Shown piece by piece: positions 19,645 through 30,166 of a stretch of 64,000 bases of DNA. Made by a program: the position numbers and the translations under genes. This DNA is from Ignavibacteriota bacterium. Its GTDB lineage: Bacteria > Bacteroidota > Ignavibacteria > UBA10030 > UBA6906. The DNA lies in NCBI GenBank assembly GCA_963801355.1, contig CAWDEM010000004.1, forward strand, positions 1,344,001 to 1,408,000, in the 5' to 3' direction. Below the pieces are notes generated by a model, which made no database searches, was not told where the DNA came from, and saw only the letters and a list, made by a program, of their open reading frames with translations. The stretch's first letter is position 1. The number at the start of each line of letters is the position of its first letter.

Positions 19645-22257
19645 GTGAGATTGACATCAGTTCGTGGGTTGGCTGCGTTGGTCCTGGCCTTCCTCTCCTT
19701 TGAACTCTTCCATTCTCCGTGTTCTTACGCCGAGACCACCAGATTTCTCGAAAGAACCACCCCCGGTTTCGCGGATGAGCATGGAAGCTCGCTGTCTTCT
19801 ACCCCCACAAGGAAGAGAATCGACCTGGTCGGCCCTTGGACGTACGTTCTGGAGAACGGCGAGGCAGGGACGGTCCAGGTTCCGAGTTCCTATGACTTCG
19901 TCGGCACTGTGGATTTCCAGCGTACCTTCGAAATCAGCAGCAAGGGTCTGGATATCTATCGATATTTCCTTGTTGTCGAAGGCGCAAACTACAGTTGTGA
20001 CGTCAGCATCAACGGGGAGTTCATCGGGAATCATGCGGGGGGATGCACACCCTTCACCATACAAATCCCTCCCGAGGATCTCCAGGCGTCCAAAGACAAC
20101 ACCATCCGGCTGCGGGTGAACAATGAGCTGGATGCACGGGCAACGCTGCCTCTTCGTCCACTCACCTGGGGTGCCCGCAACTATGGGGGGATTCACCGCG
20201 ATATCTACATTCTTGCGACGCCGAAGGTCTTCCTGCGCGATGCCTCGATTGAGAGCCGGCTTCCGGCTGTGACCGGCGGCCCGGGACGCGTGTTCGTCAC
20301 GCCGCAGATTGAAGGGGTTCTTACAGTTGATTCCGCCGGGACGGCATTTGGATTTGCGTGTGAAGTCGTGGAGGCGGTCACCGGCCTGTCGGTGGGTCGC
20401 AGCGCGGTGGTCCCTTTGCAGGAAAAGGATAATGCATGGAGTGCGGCCCGCAAGGCGGAAGTTGTGATTGCGGCACCCCGGCTCTGGTCGCCTGATACCC
20501 CTGATCTGTACATTGTGAAATGCCAGCTGGTCCGGCTGCGCGGCAAGGATACCTCGCTCATAGACGAATACCGGCTGCCGTACGGTCTCTGTTCGGTTGA
20601 GCTTCGCGACGGCGATATCTTTATGAACGGCAAACGGTTAGTCGTGCGCGCGGTTTCGTGGTACGAAGCCCATCCCAACTGGGGGAGTGCAATTCCCCCG
20701 GAAGAACGGGAACGGGACATCGTGCAGATCAAGAATCTGGGTGCGAACGCCATCCGGTTTGTGGGGTGCGCACCGGACCCGATCATGCTGGATTTGTGCG
20801 ACCGGTACGGCTTGTGCGCGATGGAAGAGCTGCCCCTGGCCCAATGCCCCGCCGGGATTCTTGGCACAGAAACCTATCAGGATCTGGCAGCCGGGATGAT
20901 GCGGGAAATGGTCCTCCGGGATCGGCATCATCCTTCGGTGCTGGCATGGGGAATAGGCGATGAGCTACAGTGCGAGCCTCACCACGGCGGAGCGTTCATT
21001 ACCCGGGTGCTGGAGAGCCTTCATGCACTGGACGGACGTCCGTCATACCGCGGACTGCGTCTGGGGGTTGTAGACAGCTGCCGGGGAGTGACGGATATCG
21101 AGGTGGTCAACGTGTACGTATCGGATGCGAAGCAGACGAAGGCAGCTCTTGAGGAGTGGCGGGCAGAACGCAGGGATATTGTCACGTTTGCCAGGTTCGG
21201 CTACGAAGTAGATCATGAAAACCTGAAAGGGTTCAACGATCCGCTCTCGCAACAGGCGCAGGCGCGCTTCCTCATGCAGCGCCTTGAGTATCTCCGGACG
21301 CTCGACTTCGATGGAGCGATAATCTGGTCGTTCAACGATTGGCAGGGTGACCGCCCGGCGCTGACGGTGCACACCGGAGATCCCTGGAAGCACTCCATGG
21401 GTCTGGTGAGCGATCGTCGTGAGCGGAGGTTATCCTACGAGGCCGTGCGGGCAGGCTTCCGCGGGGAGAGGGGTGCTGCGCTCTCAGCCGGCTCCTATGC
21501 ACCGCGGGCCCCGATTATTTATGTCCTCGTCGGGTTTGTCGCCCTGATCCTGGTGGCCTATGTCTACAACGCCAACCGGCGATTCCGTGAGCACGTCAAC
21601 CGTTCCCTTTTGAACAGCTACAACTTCTTTGCGGACGTGCGGGATCAGTACGCTGTGTCCGTTGTCCACACCACGTTCCTCGCGCTCATTGTCTCGGTCG
21701 CGACAGCGATCGTGTTATCGAGTGTAGCCCTGCATTTCCGGGACAGCCTGTTCCTGGACAACCTTCTCTCGTACGTACTGGTATTCGATGATGTGAAAGC
21801 GGCTATGGTGCGCCTGATCTGGGATCCCCTCCGGTTCATCGGTGTCCTGACGCTGATCCTGTTTGTGTTCTTTCTTCTCCTCTCCGGCCTAGTCCACCAG
21901 GCGCGGCTGGTCATGAAAGCACGGGTGTTTGCCTTTCATGCCTACACAGCCACGATCTGGTCCGCAACACCCTTGCTGGCGTTGATTCCGGTCGGGATGA
22001 TCCTGTACCGCGTCATGGAAGGGCCGGTGTATGTCGCGTCATCGCTCATCGTTGTTGCAGTGCTGTTTGTCTGGGTTCTGCTGCGGTTCATGAAGGCCGT
22101 GTCGATTGTGTATGACGTATATCCTCCGAAAATGCTTGCCATAGGATTTCTCGTGCTTGCGGCGTGCTGCGGTTTCGCGTACCTCTATTTTGACCGCGTG
22201 CAGTCGGCGCCGATGTATCTGTCATTCCTCTACTCGATGGTGGGTGCGGGCCGGTAA
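19645..22257 (+). CDS. Glycoside hydrolase family 2-like exported domain fused to a C-terminal multi-TM domain
   Basis: Signal peptide, YGGIHRDIY, LWSPDTPDLY, NGKRL, RDRHHPSVLAW and WSFNDW; about 6 hydrophobic helices after about 21510. Confidence 0.8.
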   Translation: MRLTSVRGLAALVLAFLSFELFHSPCSYAETTRFLERTTPGFADEHGSSLSSTPTRKRIDLVGPWTYVLENGEAGTVQVPSSYDFVGTVDFQRTFEISSKGLDIYRYFLVVEGANYSCDVSINGEFIGNHAGGCTPFTIQIPPEDLQASKDNTIRLRVNNELDARATLPLRPLTWGARNYGGIHRDIYILATPKVFLRDASIESRLPAVTGGPGRVFVTPQIEGVLTVDSAGTAFGFACEVVEAVTGLSVGRSAVVPLQEKDNAWSAARKAEVVIAAPRLWSPDTPDLYIVKCQLVRLRGKDTSLIDEYRLPYGLCSVELRDGDIFMNGKRLVVRAVSWYEAHPNWGSAIPPEERERDIVQIKNLGANAIRFVGCAPDPIMLDLCDRYGLCAMEELPLAQCPAGILGTETYQDLAAGMMREMVLRDRHHPSVLAWGIGDELQCEPHHGGAFITRVLESLHALDGRPSYRGLRLGVVDSCRGVTDIEVVNVYVSDAKQTKAALEEWRAERRDIVTFARFGYEVDHENLKGFNDPLSQQAQARFLMQRLEYLRTLDFDGAIIWSFNDWQGDRPALTVHTGDPWKHSMGLVSDRRERRLSYEAVRAGFRGERGAALSAGSYAPRAPIIYVLVGFVALILVAYVYNANRRFREHVNRSLLNSYNFFADVRDQYAVSVVHTTFLALIVSVATAIVLSSVALHFRDSLFLDNLLSYVLVFDDVKAAMVRLIWDPLRFIGVLTLILFVFFLLLSGLVHQARLVMKARVFAFHAYTATIWSATPLLALIPVGMILYRVMEGPVYVASSLIVVAVLFVWVLLRFMKAVSIVYDVYPPKMLAIGFLVLAACCGFAYLYFDRVQSAPMYLSFLYSMVGAGR

Positions 22258-25200
22258 TGTATCTTTCGCGATTGGAAATTCAGGGCTTCAAGTCATTCGC
22301 GCAGCGCGTGGCGCTGCGCTTTGACAGCGGCATCTCCGCGATTGTCGGCCCCAACGGATGCGGGAAGACCAACATCGTCGATGCAATTCGCTGGGTACTG
22401 GGGGAGCAACGGTACAGCGCGCTCCGCAGCGAAAAAATGGAAGACGTGATCTTCAATGGCACGAAGACGCGGAAGCCGCTCGGCATGGCGGAGGCGTCGC
22501 TCGTCATCGAGAATACCAAGGGCATTCTCCCTTCCGAATATTCCCAGGTCACCGTCGGGCGCAGAATCTACCGTTCAGGGGAAAGCGAATACCTGCTGAA
22601 CGGCGCGCCCTGCAGGTTGAAGGATATCCTGGACCTCTTTATGGACACGGGGATGGGGGCGGATGCGTACTCGGTGATCGAGTTGAAGATGATCGAGATC
22701 ATTCTCAGCGACCGGACGGACGAGCGCCGCCGCCTGTTTGAGGAGGCCGCGGGAGTAACGAAGTACAAGCACCGCCGGAAAGCCGCCTACCGGAAGCTTG
22801 AAGCGGTCCAAGCAGATCTCATACGGGTGAACGATCTCGTTTCTGAAGTGCAGAAGGCAGTCTCTTCGCTGGAGCGCCAGGCCCGGCGTGCCGAACAGTT
22901 CAACGGCGTGAAAGAGCGGCACCGGGCGCTGGAAATAGACCTCCTTGAACGCGAATTTGCACAGGTGCACTCCCGGCTGGCGCCCCTGCTCGCGCGCAGA
23001 CAGACCCTGCAACAGGAGCGTTCGGTGACGGACGAGGACCTGAGCCTCATCGAAGGACGACTGGAGGAGTTGCGCACCCTGGTTCTGACTTCCGAGAGGG
23101 AGCTGGCGGAAGCCCAGCGTGATGTGGTGCTTCAGCGCGAGGCGATACACGGGGTTGATGAGAGGAATCTTGTCGCGGCGGAACAGGCGAAGGCCGGCCG
23201 TGCACTTATCGCCCGTCTTGCCGGTGAGGATCAGGAACTGGAGCGGGAGCGTGTGCGGCAGGAGACACTGCGAGAAGAGTCCCAGAGCGCGCTGACAACT
23301 CTTGCCGTCCGTGAGACTGCTATCACCCAAGAGAGCGCTCTGCGTGAGCGCGAGTTGGAGGAAGCGGCACAGCTGGTCGAAGAGAAGAAAGTGGAAGTGC
23401 GCAGCTTGAACGGGCTCTTGCTGGCGGCGGTCCAGCGCAGCGCGGAGCGTCAGGCAGAACACGACCGTCGCAGGGGGCATCTGGAAGTCCTCAAATCGAA
23501 CCTGGGAGAGGTCGATGGGGATACTGCCGCATACGCCGCGGACCTGGTCCGGCTGGGCGAGAATTTTTCTGGATTGACAGACGAGGACCATCAGCTCCGC
23601 CGGTCGTTCGCGGAAGCAGAAATGCAGTTCTACGATGCAGAGCAGAAGAAACGCAATTTGCGGGACCGTGCGGATGAGCTGCACCGCCGGGCAACGGAAG
23701 TCCGTGCGGAGATGGAGCGGGCTGCCGGCCGCATGGAATTTCTCCAGGGGCTGATCGAGAGCCGGGAAGGCCTTCCGGAGAGTGTGCGGTTTCTCGGTGC
23801 GAGCGAGCAATGGTCGTCGCGCGGAACGCTGACTGTTGCGGATGCAGTGCATGCGGAAGACGAATACCGGGTGGCGATTGAAGCTGCCTTGGGAGACGCG
23901 GGAAGTCTCGTGGTCGTCAACCGGGCCGAGGATGCGGAGCAGGGGATCCTCCTTCTCAGGGAGCAGGGGAAAGGGAAAGCGACGTTTGTTTGTCTTGACC
24001 GTCTGCCGCTCATCAACCGACGTTACGAGATTCCGGAGGTACCGGGAATACGCGGCTGGGCGCTTGACGTGGCCCGTTTTGACGAGGAGCTTGCGTCACT
24101 ATTCGGCTTCCTGCTGGATCGCGTGCTGCTCGTCGACACAATCGAGACGGCCCGGCAGGTGACGCGTGACCATGTGGGCCTGCGGTGTGTAACACTTGAT
24201 GGCGAGATCGCGACATCCGTGGGTGTGCTGCGTGGTGGCAGCCGCCGCCATGAGGAAGGCGGGGCAATCGGCAAGCGGCATCAGATTGAAGAGCTCCGCG
24301 AACAGATGGCGGGGTTCGAAGCCCGGCTGTCGTCGATCGCCGCCGAACGAGATGCCGTGGTTGCCGAGCACGATGGGCTCGACCTCAAGCGGCATCAGGA
24401 TGCCGTGAAGGCAATCGAGCGGGAAATGCATGCGATCGAAATGCGGATCGCGCAGGTGGCGTTTGAGAGGAAGCGTGCCGATGAGAGCATCGCCGCGAGC
24501 AAGGAACAGCAGGCGAGGCTCCTGACGGAAATCGCATCGGTTGAGACCGAGATTGCCGGCGATGAGCCCGCCCTTGCCGCGGTCCGGGCGGAGCAGGAGG
24601 GGATCGACCGGCGGTTGCAGGACGCGCGTGCCGCGCTGGATCGGCTCGAGCAGGAATTGGCACAACGCGCACGGGTGACGCAGGATATCGAACTTGATCT
24701 GGTGCACCTGCGCAATGAGACCCAGGCAGTCACGGCAAGTCTTGCGCGCGCTACGCAGAGCCTCGAGACGATTGTCGAAACGCTTGAGAAACACCGTGCG
24801 GACGCGGAACGGACCCTCCAGGCAATTGGCGTCGTCGAGACGGGTGTGGAAGTGAACCGTCTCGAACTCGAACGTCTCTATCAGGAACGGACTCTCCGCG
24901 AACAGCGGAGAGCGGAGATAGAGGCTACGGCGACGCGCCAGAAGAATGAAATGCATGCGGCGGAACTCCGCATTCGGGATCAGCGGCGGGTGCATGACGA
25001 TGCTCTGCGCATCCTTCATGACACCGAGCTGAAGATTGCCGATCTCCAGGCCCGCGCGGAACACCTGACCGGCCGTGCCCAGGAGGAATTCGAAATCAGT
25101 CTTACATTGAAGACCTACCCTGATTCGGAATTCGTCGACTTTGCCCAATTGCGCGAAGAGATCCAGGGCTTGAAGGAGAAGATCAAGTCGCTGGGGAATA

Positions 25201-25826
25201 TCAACTTCGCTGCGTTTGAGGAGTATTCAACCGAAAAACAGCGCCTGACCTTCATGGTAGGACAGCGCCAGGACCTGCTGGACGCGGAAAAAACCCTTCT
25301 GGCCACCATCGAGGAAATCAACGCGACGGCGCAGAAGAAATTCCTCGACACGTTTGACCTCATCCGGACAAATTTTATCGAGACCTTCAAGAGTCTGTTC
25401 GATCCCGGAGATGAGTGTGATCTCAAACTCGAGGAGGGAGTCGATCCGCTGGAGGCCCGCATTGAAATCGTCGCGAAACCCCGTGGAAAACGCCCGACCT
25501 CAATTGATCTCCTCTCTGGAGGCGAAAAGACTCTCACGGCCACCGCCCTGCTCTTTGCAATCTATCTTGTGAAACCCAGTCCGTTCTGCATTCTGGATGA
25601 AGTAGATGCGCCTCTGGATGATGCGAATATTGACCGTTTCACCCGCATTTTACGTAAGTTTTCCGGAAACACGCAGTTTATCGTCGTCACGCACAACAAA
25701 CGGACGATGGAGGCGGCGAACGCTATGTACGGCGTCACCATGGAGGAAGAGGGGGTCTCAAAACTCGTGACGGTGCGTTTCAACCAGGAGTCGCAAATTG
25801 CATCTGCGACGGTGGCGATTGCGTGA
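22257..25826 (+). CDS. smc: Chromosome segregation protein SMC
   Basis: GFKSF, GPNGCGKTN, long coiled coils with hinge, LSGGEK, LDEVDAPLD, IVVTH. Confidence 0.97.
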   Translation: MYLSRLEIQGFKSFAQRVALRFDSGISAIVGPNGCGKTNIVDAIRWVLGEQRYSALRSEKMEDVIFNGTKTRKPLGMAEASLVIENTKGILPSEYSQVTVGRRIYRSGESEYLLNGAPCRLKDILDLFMDTGMGADAYSVIELKMIEIILSDRTDERRRLFEEAAGVTKYKHRRKAAYRKLEAVQADLIRVNDLVSEVQKAVSSLERQARRAEQFNGVKERHRALEIDLLEREFAQVHSRLAPLLARRQTLQQERSVTDEDLSLIEGRLEELRTLVLTSERELAEAQRDVVLQREAIHGVDERNLVAAEQAKAGRALIARLAGEDQELERERVRQETLREESQSALTTLAVRETAITQESALRERELEEAAQLVEEKKVEVRSLNGLLLAAVQRSAERQAEHDRRRGHLEVLKSNLGEVDGDTAAYAADLVRLGENFSGLTDEDHQLRRSFAEAEMQFYDAEQKKRNLRDRADELHRRATEVRAEMERAAGRMEFLQGLIESREGLPESVRFLGASEQWSSRGTLTVADAVHAEDEYRVAIEAALGDAGSLVVVNRAEDAEQGILLLREQGKGKATFVCLDRLPLINRRYEIPEVPGIRGWALDVARFDEELASLFGFLLDRVLLVDTIETARQVTRDHVGLRCVTLDGEIATSVGVLRGGSRRHEEGGAIGKRHQIEELREQMAGFEARLSSIAAERDAVVAEHDGLDLKRHQDAVKAIEREMHAIEMRIAQVAFERKRADESIAASKEQQARLLTEIASVETEIAGDEPALAAVRAEQEGIDRRLQDARAALDRLEQELAQRARVTQDIELDLVHLRNETQAVTASLARATQSLETIVETLEKHRADAERTLQAIGVVETGVEVNRLELERLYQERTLREQRRAEIEATATRQKNEMHAAELRIRDQRRVHDDALRILHDTELKIADLQARAEHLTGRAQEEFEISLTLKTYPDSEFVDFAQLREEIQGLKEKIKSLGNINFAAFEEYSTEKQRLTFMVGQRQDLLDAEKTLLATIEEINATAQKKFLDTFDLIRTNFIETFKSLFDPGDECDLKLEEGVDPLEARIEIVAKPRGKRPTSIDLLSGGEKTLTATALLFAIYLVKPSPFCILDEVDAPLDDANIDRFTRILRKFSGNTQFIVVTHNKRTMEAANAMYGVTMEEEGVSKLVTVRFNQESQIASATVAIA

Positions 25827-26557
25827 GCAACGCACTGAAACTGTTCCTTGACTTTGATGGTACGATCGCGCGCGGCGATGTGGGGAATGCGTTCTTCCGC
25901 CACTTTGGCGGAGGAAATTGTGCGCAATGGATTACACGCTACCGCGAAGGCATCATTTCAGCCCGCGCCTGTTTTGAGGGAGAGCGTGAGGCTATGGGGC
26001 GCGTGCGGCGCGAAGATGCCGAAGCGTTCCTCCAGACGTGCCAGACCGACCCCGGTTTCACCGCCCTGATCAGGTTCTGTGAGGGGGCGGGCATCCCCGT
26101 GACGATCCTGAGCGATGGTCTGGACTTCTATATCGCGCCGTTGCTGCACAACGCGGCGCTGGATGACATCCCGTACTATGCGAACCGGCTGCGGTGGGAA
26201 CCCGCAGGCGATGATGGACGCGCGGCCCCGATTCTCGAATTCCCTTTTGGCAATGCCGAGTGTGACCGATGCGCGTGCTGCAAGCGGAATATCATGCTGA
26301 CTGCATGCGGGGAAGAGGACGTCATCGCCTATGCGGGGGATGGGTACTCCGACCGGTGTCCGGTTGAGTACGCGGATATCGTCTTCGCCAAGGGAGCGCT
26401 GCAGGCGTGGTGCCAGAAACAGAACATCAGCTATTTTCCCTACAACGATTTGCACGATGTCCGGTCTCGACTGGAAGCTCTGGCGCACCGTCGCACCATA
26501 CGCCGCCGTCCCCGGGCGGAACAACGGCGCAGAGAGGCATTTGCAGCGGAAGCATGA
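25823..26557 (+). CDS. MtnX-like HAD-IB family phosphatase
   Basis: DFDGTI, ILSDG, C-x2-C..CK and GDGYSD motifs. Confidence 0.85.
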   Translation: MSNALKLFLDFDGTIARGDVGNAFFRHFGGGNCAQWITRYREGIISARACFEGEREAMGRVRREDAEAFLQTCQTDPGFTALIRFCEGAGIPVTILSDGLDFYIAPLLHNAALDDIPYYANRLRWEPAGDDGRAAPILEFPFGNAECDRCACCKRNIMLTACGEEDVIAYAGDGYSDRCPVEYADIVFAKGALQAWCQKQNISYFPYNDLHDVRSRLEALAHRRTIRRRPRAEQRRREAFAAEA

Positions 26558-27156
26558 GCACCGACCACAGCATACGCGCATGGATGTTCAAGTACCGGAG
26601 CTATACACCCATTCCGTTTCTCCTCGCGATGCTGGCGTTTGCGCGACCGTCGATTGCCAGCCTCTGCATCGGCCTTGCTGTCGTAGCCCTCGGGGAGGCG
26701 ATCCGATTCTGGGGAGTGTCGATCGCGGGCTCGGAGACACGCACAACGGGATCCGTGGGGGGGACGTACCTGATTACCACGGGACCCTTTGCGTACGTGC
26801 GGAACCCGCTGTACCTCGGGAACATGCTCCTGTACGCCGGTGTCGGCATCATGTCGATGGCGCTTTTCCCATGGCTGCTCATTGCGGCGCTTCTCTGGTT
26901 CGTGTGCCAGTACACCCTGATTGTGCTGCAGGAAGAAGAGTACCTTGCCGGCCACTTCGGACCGGCATACGCGGAGTACAGGCGGAATGTCCACCGGTTT
27001 CTTCCGCGGCTGTCGCCGTATCGTGATGCATCGCCTGCACCGAAACGGGTGAGTGTCGGCGAGGGCCTCGCCTCGGAACGGCGCACCCTGCAGGCAATCG
27101 GGCTTGTGATCCTTGTGCTGACAGCGCTGTTCGTATGGCAATCGGTGAGAGGGTGA
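26554..27156 (+). CDS. Isoprenylcysteine carboxylmethyltransferase/PEMT-like membrane methyltransferase
   Basis: LITTGPFAYVRNPLYLG, EEEYL, Y-x-x-Y-x-x-x-V-x-RFLP. Start at ATG 26554. Confidence 0.88.
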   Translation: MSTDHSIRAWMFKYRSYTPIPFLLAMLAFARPSIASLCIGLAVVALGEAIRFWGVSIAGSETRTTGSVGGTYLITTGPFAYVRNPLYLGNMLLYAGVGIMSMALFPWLLIAALLWFVCQYTLIVLQEEEYLAGHFGPAYAEYRRNVHRFLPRLSPYRDASPAPKRVSVGEGLASERRTLQAIGLVILVLTALFVWQSVRG

Positions 27157-27157
27157 C

Positions 27158-28294
27158 GTGGAGGTCAAGCGGGTGATGATGATCGCGGGCGACCCATCGG
27201 GAGACCTGCACGCTGCAGGAGTCGTGCGGGAGTTGAGGCGGCTTGTCCCTTCCATCGAGATCTTCGGTATGGGCGGCGGCGAGATGGGGCGGGAGGGCAT
27301 GGACCTGACGGTACACATGTCCCACATGGCGTTCATGGGATTTGTGGAAGTCGTCCGTCATCTGCGCACGATCATGCGTGTCCAGCGCGCACTCGAACAA
27401 CAGATGGACCGCCGGCGTCCCGATGTCGTGCTCCTCATCGACTATCCGGGGTTCAATTTGCGGTTTGCACAGGCTGCGCACCGGCGCGGCATCCCGGTGC
27501 TGTACTATATCAGCCCGCAGGTCTGGGCCTGGCACAGGAGCCGCGTGAAGCGGATGAAGCGGCTGGTCGACAAGATGCACGTGATTTTTCCGTTTGAGGA
27601 GGAAATCTACTCAGCCCAGGGTATCCCCGTGGAGTTTGTCGGTCATCCGCTTGTGGAACGACTGAAGGTCAGATCCAACCGCGAAGAATTCTTTCACTCG
27701 CACGGGCTGATTCCGGATAAGAAGTTGCTCGGCCTGTTCCCGGGGAGCCGGGTGCAAGAAATTGAACGCATTTTGCCAACGATGGTCACGAGCGCACAGA
27801 CACTGAGCACCATGATGGACCTGCAGGTGGCGATCGGCGTTGCTCCTAATCTTGGCCGCGCGGTGGTGTCGTCATTCGTGCCGGCGTCAAGCGGGTTCCG
27901 ATTGATCGAGAATGCGACGTACGATCTCATGCGGCATGCCGACGCGGCGATTGTGACCTCCGGAACCGCCACGCTGGAAGCCGGATGGTTCGGGACACCC
28001 ATGGCAGTGGTGTACAAGACCTCTCCGGTCACCTATGCGATCGGCCGCATGCTTGTCGATGTCCGCCATATCGGATTGGTCAATATTGTCGCAGGTCGCG
28101 GCATCGTACCTGAATTGATACAGGGGCAATGCACCCCCGGACGGCTTGTGGCAACCATGACACCGTACCTTACGGATGCGGCTGCGGCCTCCGCGATGCG
28201 CGCAAGCCTCTCGGTGGTCCGTGATCGGTTGGGGGCTGGTGGCGCCTCGATGAGAGTGGCGAAATCCATCCTTGCATGGAGGGCTGCAGCATGA
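27158..28294 (+). CDS. lpxB: Lipid-A-disaccharide synthase
   Basis: AGDPSGD, IDYPGFN, YISPQVWAW, FVGHPL, PGSR, SGTATLE. Confidence 0.96.
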   Translation: MEVKRVMMIAGDPSGDLHAAGVVRELRRLVPSIEIFGMGGGEMGREGMDLTVHMSHMAFMGFVEVVRHLRTIMRVQRALEQQMDRRRPDVVLLIDYPGFNLRFAQAAHRRGIPVLYYISPQVWAWHRSRVKRMKRLVDKMHVIFPFEEEIYSAQGIPVEFVGHPLVERLKVRSNREEFFHSHGLIPDKKLLGLFPGSRVQEIERILPTMVTSAQTLSTMMDLQVAIGVAPNLGRAVVSSFVPASSGFRLIENATYDLMRHADAAIVTSGTATLEAGWFGTPMAVVYKTSPVTYAIGRMLVDVRHIGLVNIVAGRGIVPELIQGQCTPGRLVATMTPYLTDAAAASAMRASLSVVRDRLGAGGASMRVAKSILAWRAAA

Positions 28295-29124
28295 ACCGGC
28301 GACTCTTCGCTGGGATGTTCCTTGTGCTTGCCGTCATTTCGGGTTGCGGACCGACAGCGGAAATCCCGCGTCCGGAACCGGCGCCCACGCTGGTGAGCCG
28401 TGAGGAGCTTTACCGGGCAGGACACCAGCTGTATCTGGAGTCGCAGTATGACAGCGCCGCGGCGCTACTGCGACGGGCATACAAAATGGACACGAGTGTT
28501 GTTGAACCCGTCAGGGATCTGGCCCAGCTGCACTATGAATGGGCTATGCGGGCGCCCGAGAAGAGCCGCGAACGCACGCAGCGTTTGCGCACGGCACGGA
28601 TGTACTTTGTGCGACTTGATGCTCTCGGTGACCGGACATCGGATGTGTACGAGCGTTTGTGCGAAATCTCCATGAGTCTGAATGACGACCGCTCCTTCGT
28701 GCGGTATGCCAGGAAAAACGCCGAGCTCTATCCGTACGACCGCCAGTTGTTCAACCTCGCCCGGGCGTATTTTGAAGTCGAAGACTTCCAGAGCGTCATC
28801 AAGTCCACGAAGGAATCGATCGATCGGTTCAAGAGCTCGCCGTATATCACCAGTTATTACCGGTTGCTCGGCCGTGCCTACATGAAGATCGGACGCGACC
28901 AGACCGCCGAGAAGACTCTGGCTGCGGGCGTGAAGGAAGCGGAGGCCCGGCTTGCCGCACTCCGCACTCAGGGTGCCGGTGAGGGAACCGACCAATGGCG
29001 GCGGGCACATGACGATAAGATCAATATGTTGCTCGCACTCAAGCAACTCCATACGACGTACCGTGCCGACGACAAACTCGGGCGGGTGGAGCAACAGTTG
29101 AAGGAGGAGGGGTACGGCAAGTAA
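28291..29124 (+). CDS. Putative TPR-like lipoprotein
   Basis: Lipobox-like LAVISG-C after a basic and hydrophobic N-terminus; helical TPR-like repeats. Confidence 0.7.
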   Translation: MNRRLFAGMFLVLAVISGCGPTAEIPRPEPAPTLVSREELYRAGHQLYLESQYDSAAALLRRAYKMDTSVVEPVRDLAQLHYEWAMRAPEKSRERTQRLRTARMYFVRLDALGDRTSDVYERLCEISMSLNDDRSFVRYARKNAELYPYDRQLFNLARAYFEVEDFQSVIKSTKESIDRFKSSPYITSYYRLLGRAYMKIGRDQTAEKTLAAGVKEAEARLAALRTQGAGEGTDQWRRAHDDKINMLLALKQLHTTYRADDKLGRVEQQLKEEGYGK

Positions 29125-29125
29125 G

Positions 29126-30166
29126 GTGTTGCTCCCTCTTTCGTGGGTGTACGGTGCCATCATCGCGGTTCGCAATGCCGCGTTCGACACCGGCATCTTC
29201 CGGTGTCGCAGTGTCGGCGTCCCGCTCATTGCCGTCGGAAACATGACTGCGGGAGGTACGGGGAAGACACCGGTTGTTGAGATGCTGGTGCGGTTGCTGC
29301 GCCAACGTGGATTGTCTCCCGGTGTCATCAGCCGCGGATACGGGCGGACGGGCAGGGGGGTGGTGGTCGTTGCGGACCGTGAGCGCGTGTATGCGGATGC
29401 CGGGACCGGCGGGGATGAACCCGTGCAAATCGCCCGGAAGTTCCCGGGAGTGCCGGTCGTAGTGGGTGAGCGACGGTTCGATGCCGCGGTCACGGCTGTT
29501 CGGCAGTGCGGGGCGCAGATCGTCATCTCCGACGACGGCTTTCAGCACCGCTGGCTCCACCGGGATTGCGATCTGGTGGCGGTGGATGGATCGAGTGACC
29601 TTGCCGCCGAACCCCTGCTGCCGGCAGGGTTGCGTCGTGAGCCGATGCGCGCTCTGCGGCGGGCGCACATGGTTGCCCTGACCGGGTGCCGTGACGCCGG
29701 GGAAGCGACGGAGCGGGGCAATGCATTGCGGAGGTGGTTCGCCGGCCCCATCGTGTCCATCGAACGCTCGTTGGAGGCTCTCGAGGAACCCCATGCAGGG
29801 GAACGCTACTCCGCTGACCGCTTGCGTGGAACAGCGTGTTATGCATTCAGCGGCATCGGTAACCCGTCGCGGTTTGCCGCGGACCTGATCCGTGCGGGGG
29901 CCCGTCTGGCGGGCGAGCGCAGGTTTCGTGATCATCACCGGTTCACACATGCTGAATTGACGGAGATCATGGCGGGTGCGCGTGATGTGCGGGCGGATGT
30001 GCTTGTGACGACGGAGAAAGATGTCATGCGGATACGCGCTGACCGGGGCGCGATGGATCTGTTGCGCGGAGGAATGCCGCTCTGGGTTCCGCTGCTGGAG
30101 GTGCGCGCAATGCCGCCGGAGCCACTGGACGCGATGATCACCGGGTTGATGACAGGAGTTCAGTAA
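29126..30166 (+). CDS. lpxK: Tetraacyldisaccharide 4'-kinase
   Basis: VGNMTAGGTGKTP, SRGYG, GDEP, DDGFQH, LLPAGLRRE, TTEKD. Confidence 0.95.
   Translation: MLLPLSWVYGAIIAVRNAAFDTGIFRCRSVGVPLIAVGNMTAGGTGKTPVVEMLVRLLRQRGLSPGVISRGYGRTGRGVVVVADRERVYADAGTGGDEPVQIARKFPGVPVVVGERRFDAAVTAVRQCGAQIVISDDGFQHRWLHRDCDLVAVDGSSDLAAEPLLPAGLRREPMRALRRAHMVALTGCRDAGEATERGNALRRWFAGPIVSIERSLEALEEPHAGERYSADRLRGTACYAFSGIGNPSRFAADLIRAGARLAGERRFRDHHRFTHAELTEIMAGARDVRADVLVTTEKDVMRIRADRGAMDLLRGGMPLWVPLLEVRAMPPEPLDAMITGLMTGVQ

Noticed and set aside
22257-25826. SMC as part of a Wadjet/MksBEF defence system
   Set aside because: It is a canonical full-length housekeeping SMC with a hinge, and has no jetA/jetB/jetD-like neighbours.
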